Assembly: GCA_026025075.1 (NCBI GenBank)
Contig: JAPEUI010000003.1
Coordinates: 1-64,000, forward strand
DNA: 64,000 nt
Direction: 5' to 3'
Origin: Vezdaea acicularis
Lineage: Eukaryota
A model generated the notes under the pieces. The model did not search any database, had not been told where the DNA came from, and saw only the letters and a list, made by a program, of their open reading frames with translations. Shown one piece after another: positions 10,694 to 23,412 of this stretch (position 1 is the stretch's first letter; each line of letters opens with the position of its first letter). Both the position numbers and the translations under genes were made by a program.

Positions 10694-12421
10694 TTAGCCT
10701 TCGCCACCATTTCGATTTTGACCCTGACTTCCTTGAGGTTGCACCCTCTGTGTTCCTAAAAAAGGCGTAGCGTCTTCAGCCCCTGAATTGCTCCGCAACA
10801 GGCCCGTGACCCCATTTCTCGCGCTAGAAACTATTGAAGGTTTCCTTTCTCGGCGTCCAGGACCGCCCGACACCGTTCCGCTTCGTCCACTTTTGGATTT
10901 CCTTGCTGTTATACACTCCCTCAGCTCGCGATCTGCTTCGAGGACTGTTTTTTGATCGTGCCATAAGACGGATCCGGGATATATTCCACGATTTTCCTCG
11001 GGGATGAAGATGGCTGGGAAGAGATTCAGCATTTCGAATTCGTGTATTAATACTTGTACATTTGTCTCAGCAACTGCGCCGCCAAAATCTTGTAAGTGCT
11101 CCCAAGTCCAATTAGGATACTGTTGCAACGTAAACACCTCAACCATTTTTCTGCTACGCTGCGCCAGCTTCCATACATCAGCGGCTTCTTGAAAAAGCTT
11201 CTCAACCTCCAAACGGAAAGTTTGGTCACCACCAATAGGGCTGAGAAGCTGAAAGGTGTCCTCAGAAGCAGTGAATACAGCCTCTTTGGTTGCTGCGTCC
11301 ACATCTTCCGAGTCGTAGGTAGATAGCAGAAGTGCGCGTGTAAGGAGCTCCATTTTTGAGTCTTCTGAGAACTGCCGGCTCAGAATTTCTTTTACAGCCT
11401 CGCTAGCAACAATAGATTCAGGGATATAGCATGGCCTAAAGATATTAGTAGATAGATGGCTGGCAATAGTGTGTAAACATGTTGCCATGCGAACAAGTTT
11501 CGCTGGCGGTGAGTTGGATGGAGGGAAGCTAAGAGGAACTTTAAGGAGGCGGGTCTGAGTATCCCATCGAACTTCATCCTATAAATGAGCGGCATAAGCA
11601 TCTTTGTGTACATTGAGAAGATGGTGAACGCATAGATAGAACATTCATACCGCAAAAGCATTTGCCGGAAGATCACGGAAGAAATGAGTATGAGCGATCT
11701 TACGGCAGCGATCGAAAATTTTTCTGATCCTGCTCTCGCTGTGCATAGGACGTAAGCAACTTCTGAATCTTAGAGAACGTTTCCGGACCAAGCTCACTTA
11801 CAATGAATTGAAGTCTACATCACTCATCGCAGAAAGGTAACCATCCCATCCTTTCAGGCGATTGACGCAACCATTGAGCTTTGAATCCAGATCTCGCGTC
11901 TTTGCAGTCTCCTTCTCTAACTGCCCCTTCAGCGTGGCTACGCTCTTCTTCTCTTTGGCCAGCTCCTTATTCAAATTTTCCTTGCTCTGTATATGCTTTG
12001 CATGTTGCCTTTCTGCAACGCTTTCAGCCTTTGTCTTCCAAGCTGCCTTCTCATCTGCTAACTTCTTCTCGAGTTGACTTTTTTCCTGATTCCACTTGAT
12101 GACCTGCTGACTGAATTTCTCAATTTCAACTTCATACGCTGATTCCAGATCAGCGATGCGTTTGTCTTTTTTCTGGATATCCAGCTCCATGGTCCCAAGC
12201 CTTTCTACGGCCTTTTCAACATCGGAGAATACTTGCGAGTGTTTAGCCATATTCTTCAGACTATCCTCAAAACTATGCAAAGTACTAAAAGCTTGCCTCG
12301 CTCTAGACAGCAAAGAGTCTTCGGGTAGGATTGAATTTCTATTTGCGGAAGCAGTGTCGCCCGCGGCTCTAGCGCTATTGACGGTGGAACTGCCGCCCAG
12401 GATGCGTTGGTTAGACGACAT
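10694..12421 (-). CDS. Hypothetical coiled-coil protein (530 aa; resembles the fungal family often labelled MEI5-like)
   Basis: complement(join(10694..11578,11651..11738,11802..12421)), phases consistent. Long heptad-rich N-terminus followed by FPPSNSPPAKLVRMA..IFRPCY. Confidence 0.72.
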
Positions 12422-13860
12422 TTCAGCGAAAATTGACGATCAAGCCTCCTTGAGAATGCCAGACGGATTAACGAAGAGAAGGTGGAATTGATCAGTCAAA
12501 GTATGTCCTCTTGCTGCTCAATCTTATAATGCAATTCAAAATCGCGTATAAACTCCAGGGTTCTTGACGCAGCACCATTCAACTGAGGGAAAGGCGCCAG
12601 AAACTGAGCAGCCAGACAGAAATGTTTTGTCCGTAGTGAGATCCTAGCAATTATCTCTATGAAATCTTTTCTTCCAGTTCTATATTCGAGTACTTTTACA
12701 GACCATGAGACGCTATGTGCTGATCTTTCGAACAGCGGTACTATAGCAAACGGCATCTTCGTGGGGATGAGCTGGTTTAATAAACGAATTCTCCTTCAAT
12801 TAGTGGACCAATACCGGGAAGAGCACTGCTTTAAATGTAGCCTTGTGTAACCAACCTACACACAATTGCTGCCAATGATTGGGCATTGTGTGGAGATTTC
12901 GATATTGTGGCTGCATGTACATATTGTTGCCTATAGATAATAGCAAGGCTGAGGAATGGTATTGGTGAGGACGCTGCCACGAGTCAAGAGCGGGGAAAGC
13001 ATTGCGCATTTTGAGACGAGATGTCATGCCTTTAGAGCAGTATCTCCGAAGACAGCAACACCTGTATTTAAGATCTTAATTTGTTGAGGAAAAGATGAGG
13101 GACTGCTCTTTAAATCAGGGATCGTTTTAAAGGGGTGGAACCAGATGAGCTAGAGAAAGCAAGGTAAAGTTCCACTACTGTTGTGCAGAAAAGATTAAGT
13201 TAACCAAACCGCGCTACCGTAGCTCGGATCGCGATTTTAAGTTCCACGAGGGCGCACAGAGGATAAATGCGCAGCTACTAGAGGTTGCGAGCACTTGTAC
13301 CGTCAGAACGTGTTAACATATAGTTGCTTTATAGTCGACGAGTGGTAGTATCATGAAAGTACCAGCCTTATCCCCACTTCCAAGACTAAGACGTAAAGTA
13401 TTGATTGCTCAAGAATTAAGCGAAGTATCTTGGGCAGGAATTAGCTTCTGGCGGCTAGAGGCTTTCTAATGGGTCGGTTACCAAAAAGTCTATCAGCTCT
13501 CATCGAACGTTTGTCAACCGACTTACAAAGACTGGGACGACCAACTGGACTTCAGAGAGAGATTGCCTCTGCTTCATGAGACATCCTCACTGACTGTATG
13601 CCTCATGTCCTAGAAAGAGAGTGGGACAATTCTCTTATGTGATCATGGAATTCAGAATAGCGATGTCCGTTGTCACGTTCTCCGGATATATCACATCGAG
13701 TCACAAAAAAGTCGGCATATTAGTCCAATTCCTGCAGAAGAGGTCAAGAACATATGCAAAAGCTAAATTATTCTTCAAAGATCGTTAAGATTTCCTAATT
13801 CAAAACTGTGTCAAAAGCCTGTGCATTACAGAACAACCAAAGATGCTAAGATAAAACCCG

Positions 13861-15197
13861 TTATTTCTTTACCCCTTTTCCTTCCGCTAGCTTCGCCGGC
13901 GGCAAGCCTCGGGCTGTGCACATGAAGTGTGCCAACACCTCAGCGCAATTAAGCTCCCCGTATACCTTAGGATCAACAAGGTGCGCCTCTTTATCTGGAC
14001 TGACGTTGTATTTGAAAACTTGGAAACAACGCTTACAACGCTTCCGTTTATTCACACTAGGCAAGTAAAATGACAATCCAGGTTCATATGGATGAGGGCA
14101 TGTCTTCTCCATTGGCCAGGTCACCTATATCACAAATAAACATCTGCATCATGACTTGGGGTGGTAATACTTACAATATTTGACTGCCCATTAATCTGAT
14201 GATACCATTTAGTGATACTATCCTTGTCGGGATTCCACATTCGGGCTCGGCGAGCAAGTCCCGCCCAATTATCGAGCTGAGGAAAGCCAATCCACCCGCA
14301 ATCGCTAGTAGTGATAATCCAGCCCGGATTCTGGCCGGCGGGCATATCAAGATGGCCGGCACATACAAAAATGCTTTTTGGCATTCCAGCATTATCCCAA
14401 GCTTCTTCGTCAGGCTTCTCCCCATCCAAGACCATTTTTATTGCCTCTTCCATTGTATCTTTAATTGATTAGCATCCGTTGTAAAGCTCATGAGGACACA
14501 ACTTACCCCAATTCTTACTTCCCTTTTTCCGCTTGAAGACCTTCCCCACTATGGTCATGAGGAGCAGCTCAAAAGGCGACTCGGCAGGGACAAGTATGTC
14601 TGGTAGCGCGGCTCTCCATGATGTAGGGGTAAACAGTATGCCGTTTCCTTGTGGAGCGAAGGCCAGTAATCCTGCTTGGAGCACTTTGAGACTCTCGAGA
14701 AGCTTTTTGCGACAGGGTTCCCACGTGCGCTTGTCGACTTCAGCATAGCCCAGTCGATCTGAGCAGTTGTTGCGCTTTTGGCCCAGATATTTGTACTTTC
14801 TCATCTGCTCTTGTGTGCGCATTTTGAGGTTGCTGAGTGGGACGTATTCTTTATCGATCGCGATGATCTCAGCTTTAGTTTGACTAATACGAGTATTTGC
14901 GTTGATGACCCATGACTCTATGGCGTCGTATACTTGCGTGAAAGGGATCGCTAGGAAGAACGACAAGACATCAAGTAGTTTCGCAGAGGAAGGCTCGAAT
15001 TTAGGATCATCCCTTAGTCTGCCGGGTTCTAGTTTGCCGAGCTTTCTAAGTATGATCGGTGATATGTCTAGGAACCTCATAACGACTCCATATGCTTCGG
15101 GTGGAATAGGTTGGTTGTCCGGATTGAACAGGTTGGCATTGTAGTAAGTGTTGGCTGGATCCAAACCCTGTGGAGGTCCGGCCAAGGAAGCTTCCAT
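13861..15197 (-). CDS. Hypothetical protein (412 aa) with C-terminal CxxC...NCAE motifs
   Basis: complement(join(13861..14124,14175..14458,14507..15197)). Two GTAAGT introns (48 and 50 nt) join three track ORFs in frame. Confidence 0.78.
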
Positions 15198-15350
15198 GAT
15201 CAATGGAAAATTGCGAAGTCAGTAGAGCGGGAGTGTGAAGATGATGGGATAATTTGCAAATCTGCCTCCCTGGCGGGAGTAAGGCTTATGTAGAGCTTGC
15301 GATCCCCGTACGTGACCATCATTTCCCTTGAACTTTGTGAGCTTGAAGTT

Positions 15351-15558
15351 GACAGCGATGCCATCGGTCAAACCAGCAGACCGACAGTCGACGTTACATT
15401 GCAGATGAGTTCAGCTCGATCTCTAGCCTGCGATCTCCACAAAAGACCAATATTTCCCTAGTAATTTGCAGGTCTGAGATGGACAGCTATTGACTCGGTC
15501 AGATCAGCAGACCGCCAGCCGATGTTACATCGTAGATGAACTCAGCTCGATCTTCAGC
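15351..15558. repeat. Degenerate direct repeat, two ~77-bp copies 131 bp apart
   Basis: Copies at 15351-15427 and 15482-15558 share GACAGC..TCGGTCA..CAGCAGACCG..GTTACAT..AGATGA..TCAGCTCGATCT. Confidence 0.85.
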
Positions 15559-16375
15559 TTCGCTTTTTGTTCCTGCTTGTTACAGAGGAGGCGGGGAGAT
15601 ATCAAGCAACCTCGCGATTGCAAGGTTACATTCTCTTGCTTGAGTGCATAGCCAAGATGTAGCGTGGATTACTCTGCGTGGAGAAGGTTGATAGCCTAAC
15701 ATGACGGCGATGCACGAGTTCCTCGTAGCCGTGACCATTATGGTGTAGTGATGAATGCTTTAGTTGATGATACGTCTCCGAATGTCTCTAAAAAACAATT
15801 AATATCGGCTGATTGGCCAAAAAACGCTTGGCTCCGAAACCTTGACAGAAGCCCGGCCCCACAACGGGAGCTTAAGCGCACACCGACCTCTCATCATAGC
15901 TCGTCTACGTCGTGCCTGTATTTTGGACGGTGAGGATATATGAAGCTGCCACCACCCCGCTTTCGTCAATCAGACATATCAACGCTAAAAGCACCACGAT
16001 GTAACACTGTGTGATCACTCTAAATGATCCTCACATGGAACCAAGTTTTGAGGTCACACTGCAGCTTGGACGGCATGTAACCTCACTAGTTTCCACCGCC
16101 TTGGCATATATGATCAAAGCCACAAGATGGAGCTGAACTTACGGAACATGCATTCACCGTAGCATTTACACCGCTGCACACGGTGGATTACAGATTGAGC
16201 ATACCTCCCGAGTCTTTCTGAGCGCGTGTTTACATGAATTTGTTATGTGTGACGCAGCCCGCACTGTCGTGATTGTTTCCTACAACATATAGCCCACATC
16301 CTTCTCGCACATTGACATAGTCTCGACGCATCATCTTCTCAGCAATTTGAACATCTCTCATAACTTGAAATCACA

Positions 16376-17286
16376 ATGGCAGAAACAGAAATCAACCTCG
16401 AACCCCTTGGCACGCTGCCTACCATTGACCCAACCAAGAACACTTTGTTTGAAAATACATACAAATCCATTGCCTCTGCTGTTCCTCAAAACATTGATGC
16501 AGATTCCAGTATCTAAACCTTCCCCTTTCTAGACTCTCTTTATACTAAAGAACATATCCAGCGTCCGCATACCAAAAGGCTTTGGCCGCCTCCCTCACCT
16601 CAAACGCCGACAAAGATCTCTATGGCAGCTGGCTCCTCTCCCATGAGGCTGCCCCGATCGTTGCCTCGCTCTCTGCAGGGCCCACCAAAGCATCCGTCCT
16701 CATCGATCAGATCAAGAGCACAAGCTTCTTAAGCACCGGGTCTGCAGTGAGCTTGTATGACGCCATCTACAACCTTGCTGGGACCGAAGCGCTGCCTCTA
16801 GGGGGCGGGCCAGGCTATAAGTACACGCTTGAGCTGGCGTCTGGCATTCTCCCGATTAAGAGCGGATATGCGAAGGGAAGTGCGAAGACGCTTCTAACGC
16901 AGATCACTGCGCCAGAACCACGCGTGCCAAAACTCGTCTTTGAGCTTGGTCGCATCGTAGCGACCCCTACGTCTGGAACTGCGACAGCACAGGCCACGGG
17001 ATTTTTACTTATCGTCAATGCGCTCGATAGAGCTGCATGGGGCGTGTTCAATGCTGCTGTGGAAGCAGGAGCACCGGTGCAGACCGCTGGGTCATTGCCA
17101 GGTTACAGTACGAAGGGTGACTTTATTGATTTTGGATTGAGTGTTGACGATTTGTTGAAAGCGGGGACGGCGAAGATTGATGAGAAGAGTTTTCTGCTTG
17201 TAGGGAGAGAAAAGGTAGAGTTTAAGACAATTAGCCAGGCAGCGCTTGAAGAGTTCATTGTAGGCCTCGTACCGAAGGAGGAGTAA
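16376..17286 (+). CDS. Hypothetical protein (285 aa)
   Basis: join(16376..16508,16562..17286). 53-nt intron GTATCT..ACTAA..CAG, phase consistent. No recognised domain. Confidence 0.75.
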
Positions 17287-18107
17287 GAGGCAGGTGGAGG
17301 ATGGAGAGGGCATGATAAGGTCATTTGAGCTTGAGAGATATTTTGGATGAGTAGCGATGTAGATGAGTTTGATAAATCATCTATCCACAGATATGCCGAA
17401 GTCCAAGGTACCGCTTCAAGCGCTATAGTTGCAAGGTTCCGCACCAAGTGAAAAGCAAACCATATGATAACGTGGCAGAAGAAGGCAACAAATCCTATGT
17501 AGCTGTACACAGATAGGGTCACGCAGAATACAACGTCTTCTCCCAGACCGAGGACATACCCTGCGCACGCTATGACAGATTTGATATCATATGAGCTAGT
17601 ATAAAATTTGACTCATACACAACGACCTCGAGACCAACTATTTGTATAGGCATGAACTAGAGCCAGCTCTTAAGTCCCGGAAAGGCAAGCTTCTTCATCA
17701 GACACTTCGCGTTCTTCCTATTTTGTTAAAAGGCTGGCTTCTTCAATTGCGTTAAAGTGTCCGGGGTGACTTGTTGCAAACTTACAAGGCTTTAGTGACT
17801 GATTGATGCCACGGCCAAATTTTGATATTCAAGTCGTTGCGAGAGTCTAAAAGACTCTGAAATCTATAGCTTCGATCCTTGGGAAAGTTCAAAGTCTTCA
17901 GATACCTCGCCAATAATAGAGCATGTCCTACCGAACTGTGGTAAATCCTAGGTTCGTTCTGCTTGCAGTATTTACTGTCGTGATGGTTTGGGCGCCCGCC
18001 CATAAGTTCACATGGTGTTGAAGAGAGAGGGCGCTAACTTAGTTTAGCGGCATAGCGCTAAACCCAAAGAGGCGGAGAGCAGCATGTGTTTTATGAAACA
18101 GAAATTA

Positions 18108-18150
18108 ACGTGGTTGACAAGCGAGTGGGTCAGACATGCGAGTGGGCCAC
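18108..18150 (+). repeat. Left terminal inverted repeat
   Basis: Reverse complement of 19915-19957 (38/43 identical); contains the internal direct repeat GCGAGTGGG twice. Confidence 0.93.
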
Positions 18151-18220
18151 TAGGTCAATCATCATGGCGCGTTTGTCCAGATATCTCCATCACTCAATGT
18201 CTATTCAGTTCATACATAAT

Positions 18221-19876
18221 CTAAGCTATTGTCTGATTGTCTGGACACCTACGTGCATTATGGTCAAGTGAAAAGCACATACTGCACCTGGGTGGGGTGC
18301 GTTGACGCTCCTGTCCGGACACTTCAATATTTGTCCGGACAGTCTGATTCTCCTCAATTGAGATTAATTGTTGAGCTCTAGCTCCAGTCAGGACACCGCC
18401 TCTAGCTAGATATGATCGTCTTTGTGACCGTTTGCGTTTTTGGCGTTTGTTTTCCGCTTCAAGCCTTTCATTTTGACCGGCCAACAGGACAGCGTTATGC
18501 ATAGCTATTTGGCATCCCTTGACCAACTGTCCAAACGCTTGTTTTGTTGGAGACAACAGGTCATCTGTATGACGTTGCATATATTGTTCAATTAATTCTG
18601 TCTGATTCTGCAACTCTATGATGTTATGGGGCGTCTCGGCAGTCCATGTTAATGGGACGCTTGGACGGAGTTGAGGTGATGGAGTGTGATATTGAATATG
18701 CAATAGTGAAAGAACACGATCAGGATTATAAGGGACAAGTCCGGTTGCGGCAAATCCGCTTCGAATGTTATTTTCGTGCAACGCTTCCTTACGAGCCTGT
18801 TGATAAAGGCGTAAAAATTCCTGTTTATCAATATGATTGACTCCGGTGCTCATTAAAGACTCAACAAGACGTCCATACGCTTGTTTTAGGACAGCAAAAC
18901 AACCCACATCAAGAGGTTGAAGGATGTGAGAGGAATGCGGAGGCATACAAAGGACAATTATTGATTTGTCCAGACAATATTGATCAAACTCAGGCGTAAC
19001 ATGACTCCCATGTCCATCCAGAATAAGCAGTCTATAGCGACCAATAGTGCGACGCTCTGTATAGGCGTTAAACACTGTCCTTAACCAGGTCATACATATA
19101 TCGTTATTTGTCCATCCATTTTCACTGACCCCAATTGTCCAGTCGTCTGGACAGAGTTGTTGTGCGTACCAGGACGTTTGGTGCATTACAGCTTCAAAGA
19201 TAATAAACGGTGGAATAGAGACGCCCCGGGCAGAAACAGTCTCAATTACAGTGACCCATTCACGGTTTCCAGGTTGTATTGTTTTGAGACGTCCTGCTCT
19301 ATCAGATCCGGTCACTACTTTTGCGGTTGATATGACGCCCATCTAGAAACCTGTCTCGTCAAAATTATATATATCTTCTTCTTGTATGCCATGCTCATCA
19401 ATTGCGCTCCATACCCGTTCAAACCATGCTTTGATAAGCTTTGAATCTTCGCATTTTGCACGTTGGTAGTCGTATTTACGATTATATTTTGATTGTATCT
19501 GGTCATGTCTGTTGATGAAATTGTTGACTCAATGTTGTCCTATCACAGTTGGGCTGTCTGACTGAGATCGTTGTCTAAGCAATAGGTGTGCCATCTCCCG
19601 TACAGTTGCTACACGAGGGAGCATCCCGCGTCTGTCCATGGACAGAATCCAATCTAAAAGACTTTGCTCTTCAGTAGGTGTAAGGAAACGATTATGTGGG
19701 ATACAATTGCGTCTGGACAGTTGTCCCTGGATGCGTCGCTGTAAGGTTGTCCTAGGGATATCAAATGCTTTGGCAGCAGCCCGACAACTTCTGAAATGAC
19801 CCTGTCCATACGCCTGGACAGCTAGATCAAGCCTGCCCTCTTGATGGACAGGATTGTGTTGTTGTGGTGTCGCCAT
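18221..19876 (-). pseudogene. Pogo/Fot1 transposase with two in-frame nonsense codons
   Basis: One frame: psq-type HTH (AAAKAFDIPRTTL), CENP-B-type HTH, YNFDETGF*MG, LLILDGHGSH, HILQPLDVGCF, C-terminal CxxC-x4-H-x4-C. Stops are TGA at 19529-19531 (expected Trp) and TAG at 19343-19345 (expected Gln). Confidence 0.92.
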
Positions 19877-19914
19877 TGAGGATACAGCTGATGGATCTTG
19901 ACGTGTCATCCTTT

Positions 19915-19957
19915 ATGACCCACTCGCATGTCTGGCCCACTCGCTAGTCAATCACGT
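19915..19957 (-). repeat. Right terminal inverted repeat
   Basis: ATGACCCACTCGCATGTCTGGCCCACTCGCTAGTCAATCACGT followed by TA. Confidence 0.93.
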
Positions 19958-20172
19958 TATACAAGCTCGCGTACGTCACAACTTGTTCCGCAAAGCACCA
20001 TATTTACCCATTGCCTCTACAAGATCACCTAAACTACCCTTAACACCGCATGACTGCTTATAGAGGCTCCAATCGACTACTCAGGACCTGCCTTCAGCTC
20101 CCTCGAGGCCATCTCACCCCTTTCCGCTCACCCCCCACACTCCACCCCCCAATTCCCCACTTCTCCCGCAAA

Positions 20173-21136
20173 ATGTCCAGCTCGGCCATGTCCGCCCGCC
20201 TGGCCGGGAAGACCATCCTCATCACGGGCGCCTCGTCCGGCATTGGACGAGCCACGGCCCTTGAGTTTGCGCGCACCTTGCCAAAAGACCTAAAGCTCAT
20301 TGTCACCGCGCGGAGAATAAAGGCCTTGACGGATCTAGCAGGCCAAATCAAACAGGAGTTTGGCGGGGGCGTGGGCGTATGCCCGGTACAATTGGACGTC
20401 AGTGACCCCGAGGATGTAGCGCGGTTTGTGAAGAATCTGCCAGAGGGGTACAGGGAGGTAGATGTGCTGGTGAACAATGCGTGCGTATCTACAGAATATA
20501 CCATGTGCCGAGCTTAAAGAGACAAGGCGGACTAACACATCAGGGGTCGCAGGGGGCTCGTAAAGGGAGTCGACAAGGCACCGCACATCAAAGCCGACGA
20601 CATCAAAGTGATGATAGACACGAATGTCACCGGTCTGATCAACATGACCCAAGCCATCCTCCCCATCTTCCAGGCCCGCCCCGACGGCGGCCACGGCGAC
20701 ATCATCAACGTCGGGTCAATATCTGGGCGGGAAGCCTATCCAGGCGGGAGTATCTACTGTGCTACGAAAGCGGCCGTGCGGGCCTTCACAGACTCTCTCC
20801 GCAAGGAAACGATAGACAGCAGGATCCGCGTGATGGAGATTGATCCGGGGCAGGTGGAGACGGAGTTTAGCGTGGTGCGGTTTGGCGGGGATAAAGAGAA
20901 AGCCGATGCGGTGTATAAGGGATGTGAACCGCTTACGCCCGAGGATATAGCGGAGGTGGTGGTGTTTGCGGCTGGGAGAAGGGAGAATGTAGTTTTGGCT
21001 GACACGCTGATCTTTCCAAGTCATCAGGTGGGTGTCCCCCTTGAAAGATTCTGGACGATACATGGTGATTCAGGAGTTCCGGAGTGCTAACTCTTATCCC
21101 CAGGCTGGCGCGACTACGATGCATAAGAAGTCATGA
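20173..21136 (+). CDS. NADP-dependent short-chain dehydrogenase (YMR226C/YdfG-like 3-hydroxyacid/serine dehydrogenase, 271 aa)
   Basis: join(20173..20480,20553..21027,21104..21136). Motifs TGASSGIG, NNAG, YCATK, DPGQVETEFSVVRF, PLTPEDIAE. An in-frame upstream ATG exists at 20050. Confidence 0.92.
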
Positions 21137-22352
21137 AGCATGCATCGAGAGACACCGCATAGACGTCATATAAGGACGAATCATCGCCGTGCCATTCCGA
21201 GTCCGAGCCCAAGTCCAAGTTCAAGTTCAAGTCCGAACAGGCGCATTGCCTCCAACCTACGCCCCAAGCCGGCCTCTTGGACGCGGGTCCACAAGCCAAA
21301 TCTGACCGCAAACCAAACATACTCAAGTCCACCTAAGCCCGCGACAGTAACATCCCAAGACCCAACGAATGTCGTGTTCGTCCACATCTTCACCATCCAG
21401 TACATCCCCGCAAGACCGCAGACTCCAAACACCCAAGCTCTCACAACCCAGCACTCTCCAACACCAAGGAGCCCCGCGCCTAACTTCCTTCGAAACCCAC
21501 ACACCTCCACGATCTTCCTCCTGCCCTACAGACCTCCAATTCTGGATCGCAGGTTCTCTCTCTCTCCCCCTCCCTCCAGCGACGAGGAGGAGTATCACCG
21601 GACAAGCGCCCCATGAGCATCCAGGAACGAGTTAAGTAGAACCCATCCTCTTCACATAAACAAAGCATAGAGTTCCACGGTTTCAAAAAAAAACATCATC
21701 AGGGGAAAACTCCATGAATTCGGAAAAGAACCTGGCTACCTGTGATGACTCGCGCGCGCAAGATACACAAAGAGAATACGCAAAGAAAAATAAGAGGAAA
21801 TGTAGGGCTTGAGCTCCTTCATATACAGGTATCCCATTCATTCTCTCCACTCCCTTCCAGTTCTCTCCAGTTCTCTCCCATCAAATACTTATCCATCCAC
21901 CCATCCATCCACCACTCTCCTTTATCAGAGCTACTGGAAGTGGAGGCAAGTTGATTAGTAGACAGGCCAGTCCAGCACTCCTCAGCCAGCCCAGCTAGTG
22001 GACGAACGCTGGCAAAGGAATAAAAGAAAGGAGGAGATATCCACCACAGCAGTATGTTGGAGGGATGATGGCGGAGATGATGCGATGGTATTGCGAGAAG
22101 AGCGATGAACAGATTCCGCGCCTAGCAGCAAGGCGGCAGCAGCAAGCCAGCTGCATCCGTCCGTCAAAAATCGGGGCGATTTGCTGAGAGAAAAAACAAA
22201 GCCCAGCCGGTTTGCTTGAACAACTCCCCCTCCCCCCTTCCCACCGGTTCCGCCAGAGCCCCTCCCCGCTCCCTCCTTTTCCCAGCACCATCCACACCTC
22301 CCCTCTCAATTCCAACAACCCCTTCCCACTCCCCCCATCATCTCTGCTCCCC

Positions 22353-23412
22353 TCACATAACAACGCACTTCCCCCCACAACAATCCCTATGGGGCTTCTC
22401 ATCACTCATTCCCATCTCTCCACCATTCCTGGGGCCGTTGCTGAGACCGCCGGGCTGGCCGCCGCCGGATGTATACGACGACATCTCGCGGTTGTAGTGG
22501 CGGATCTCGCGGACGATGTCGTAGAAGGCGTCGTCGACTTTGATGCGCGATTTGGCGGATGTTTCGATGAATTTGCAGCCGAAGGAGCGGGCGAGCGATT
22601 CGCCCTCTAGGGGGGGTGTTAGTTTGGTTCGGGGAGGGTGGGTTGTTCCGGGGGCGGGTTTGGTAGGAGAAGGGGGATGAGAATTGGGATGGGAATGAGG
22701 CTCGGAAGGAGAGAATGAACAGTAATGAGTTGAACTAGCTTGAACCAGAGTTGAACGGATGAGGGGGAAGGAGGGGATTGGTGCTATCGTTCCTGTAACG
22801 ACTATAAGTACTTACCAGCTTTTGACACCTCTCGCTCATTCTCCAAATCGCATTTATTGCCCACCACGATGATGGGGAAATAATCTTTGTCCTTTACTCG
22901 CAGAATTTGTTGCTGGAACACCATGATTTCCTCGAAGCTTTGCCTCGAGGTGATGGAGTATACTAGCAGGAACCCTTCACCCGTGCGCATATATTGTTCC
23001 CTCATGGCCGAGTACTCCTCTTGGCCAGCCGTATCGAGCACGTCAAGCAGTGCGACCTCATCATCGATCATACATTGCTTGCGGTACGAATCTATCTCGC
23101 CACAACAATAGTCGCTCAGCAAGTGATTCAACGGGAAAGCTTCCAGCGCGCTGCTGCTACTACTGCATCCGGGAAGACAAGAAGGTGATCAGGATGGGGG
23201 GTTGCTTACCTTCTATTGTGGGATCATACTCATCCACGAAGTGGCTCTGGATGAGTTGTATTGTCAGGCATGACTTGCCCACACCACCGCCACCAACCAC
23301 GACCAATTTGTATTCTCGAAGGAACTATTGAGAACGATCTCGTCAGTAACGTTCGGTAAGTTCATCGGACGCTGCCAAGAATGGCGCGATGGCTGTTTAC
23401 CTTCGAGGCCAT
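22353..23412 (-). CDS. ras1: Ras GTPase (RasA/Ras1, 218 aa)
   Basis: complement(join(22353..22606,22816..23091,23210..23324,23401..23412)). Motifs [35 protein letters not shown]-terminal CCGGKCVVM (palmitoylation cysteines plus CaaX). Confidence 0.97.

Larger units (their letters stand above)
18108..19957 (-). mobile_element. Fot1/pogo-type (Tc1-mariner superfamily) DNA transposon, 1850 bp, full length
   Basis: 43-bp TIRs (ACGTGGTTGACAAGCGAGTGGGTCAGACATGCGAGTGGGCCAC, 5 mismatches between ends). TA target duplication at 18106-18107 and 19958-19959. Internal DDE transposase. Confidence 0.96.

Noticed and set aside
21114..22350. Many overlapping ORFs and a hexamer run (TCCGAG/TCCAAG/TTCAAG) between the SDR and ras1
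   Set aside because: Low-complexity C/G-skewed convergent 3' regions; no motifs or consistent splice model.
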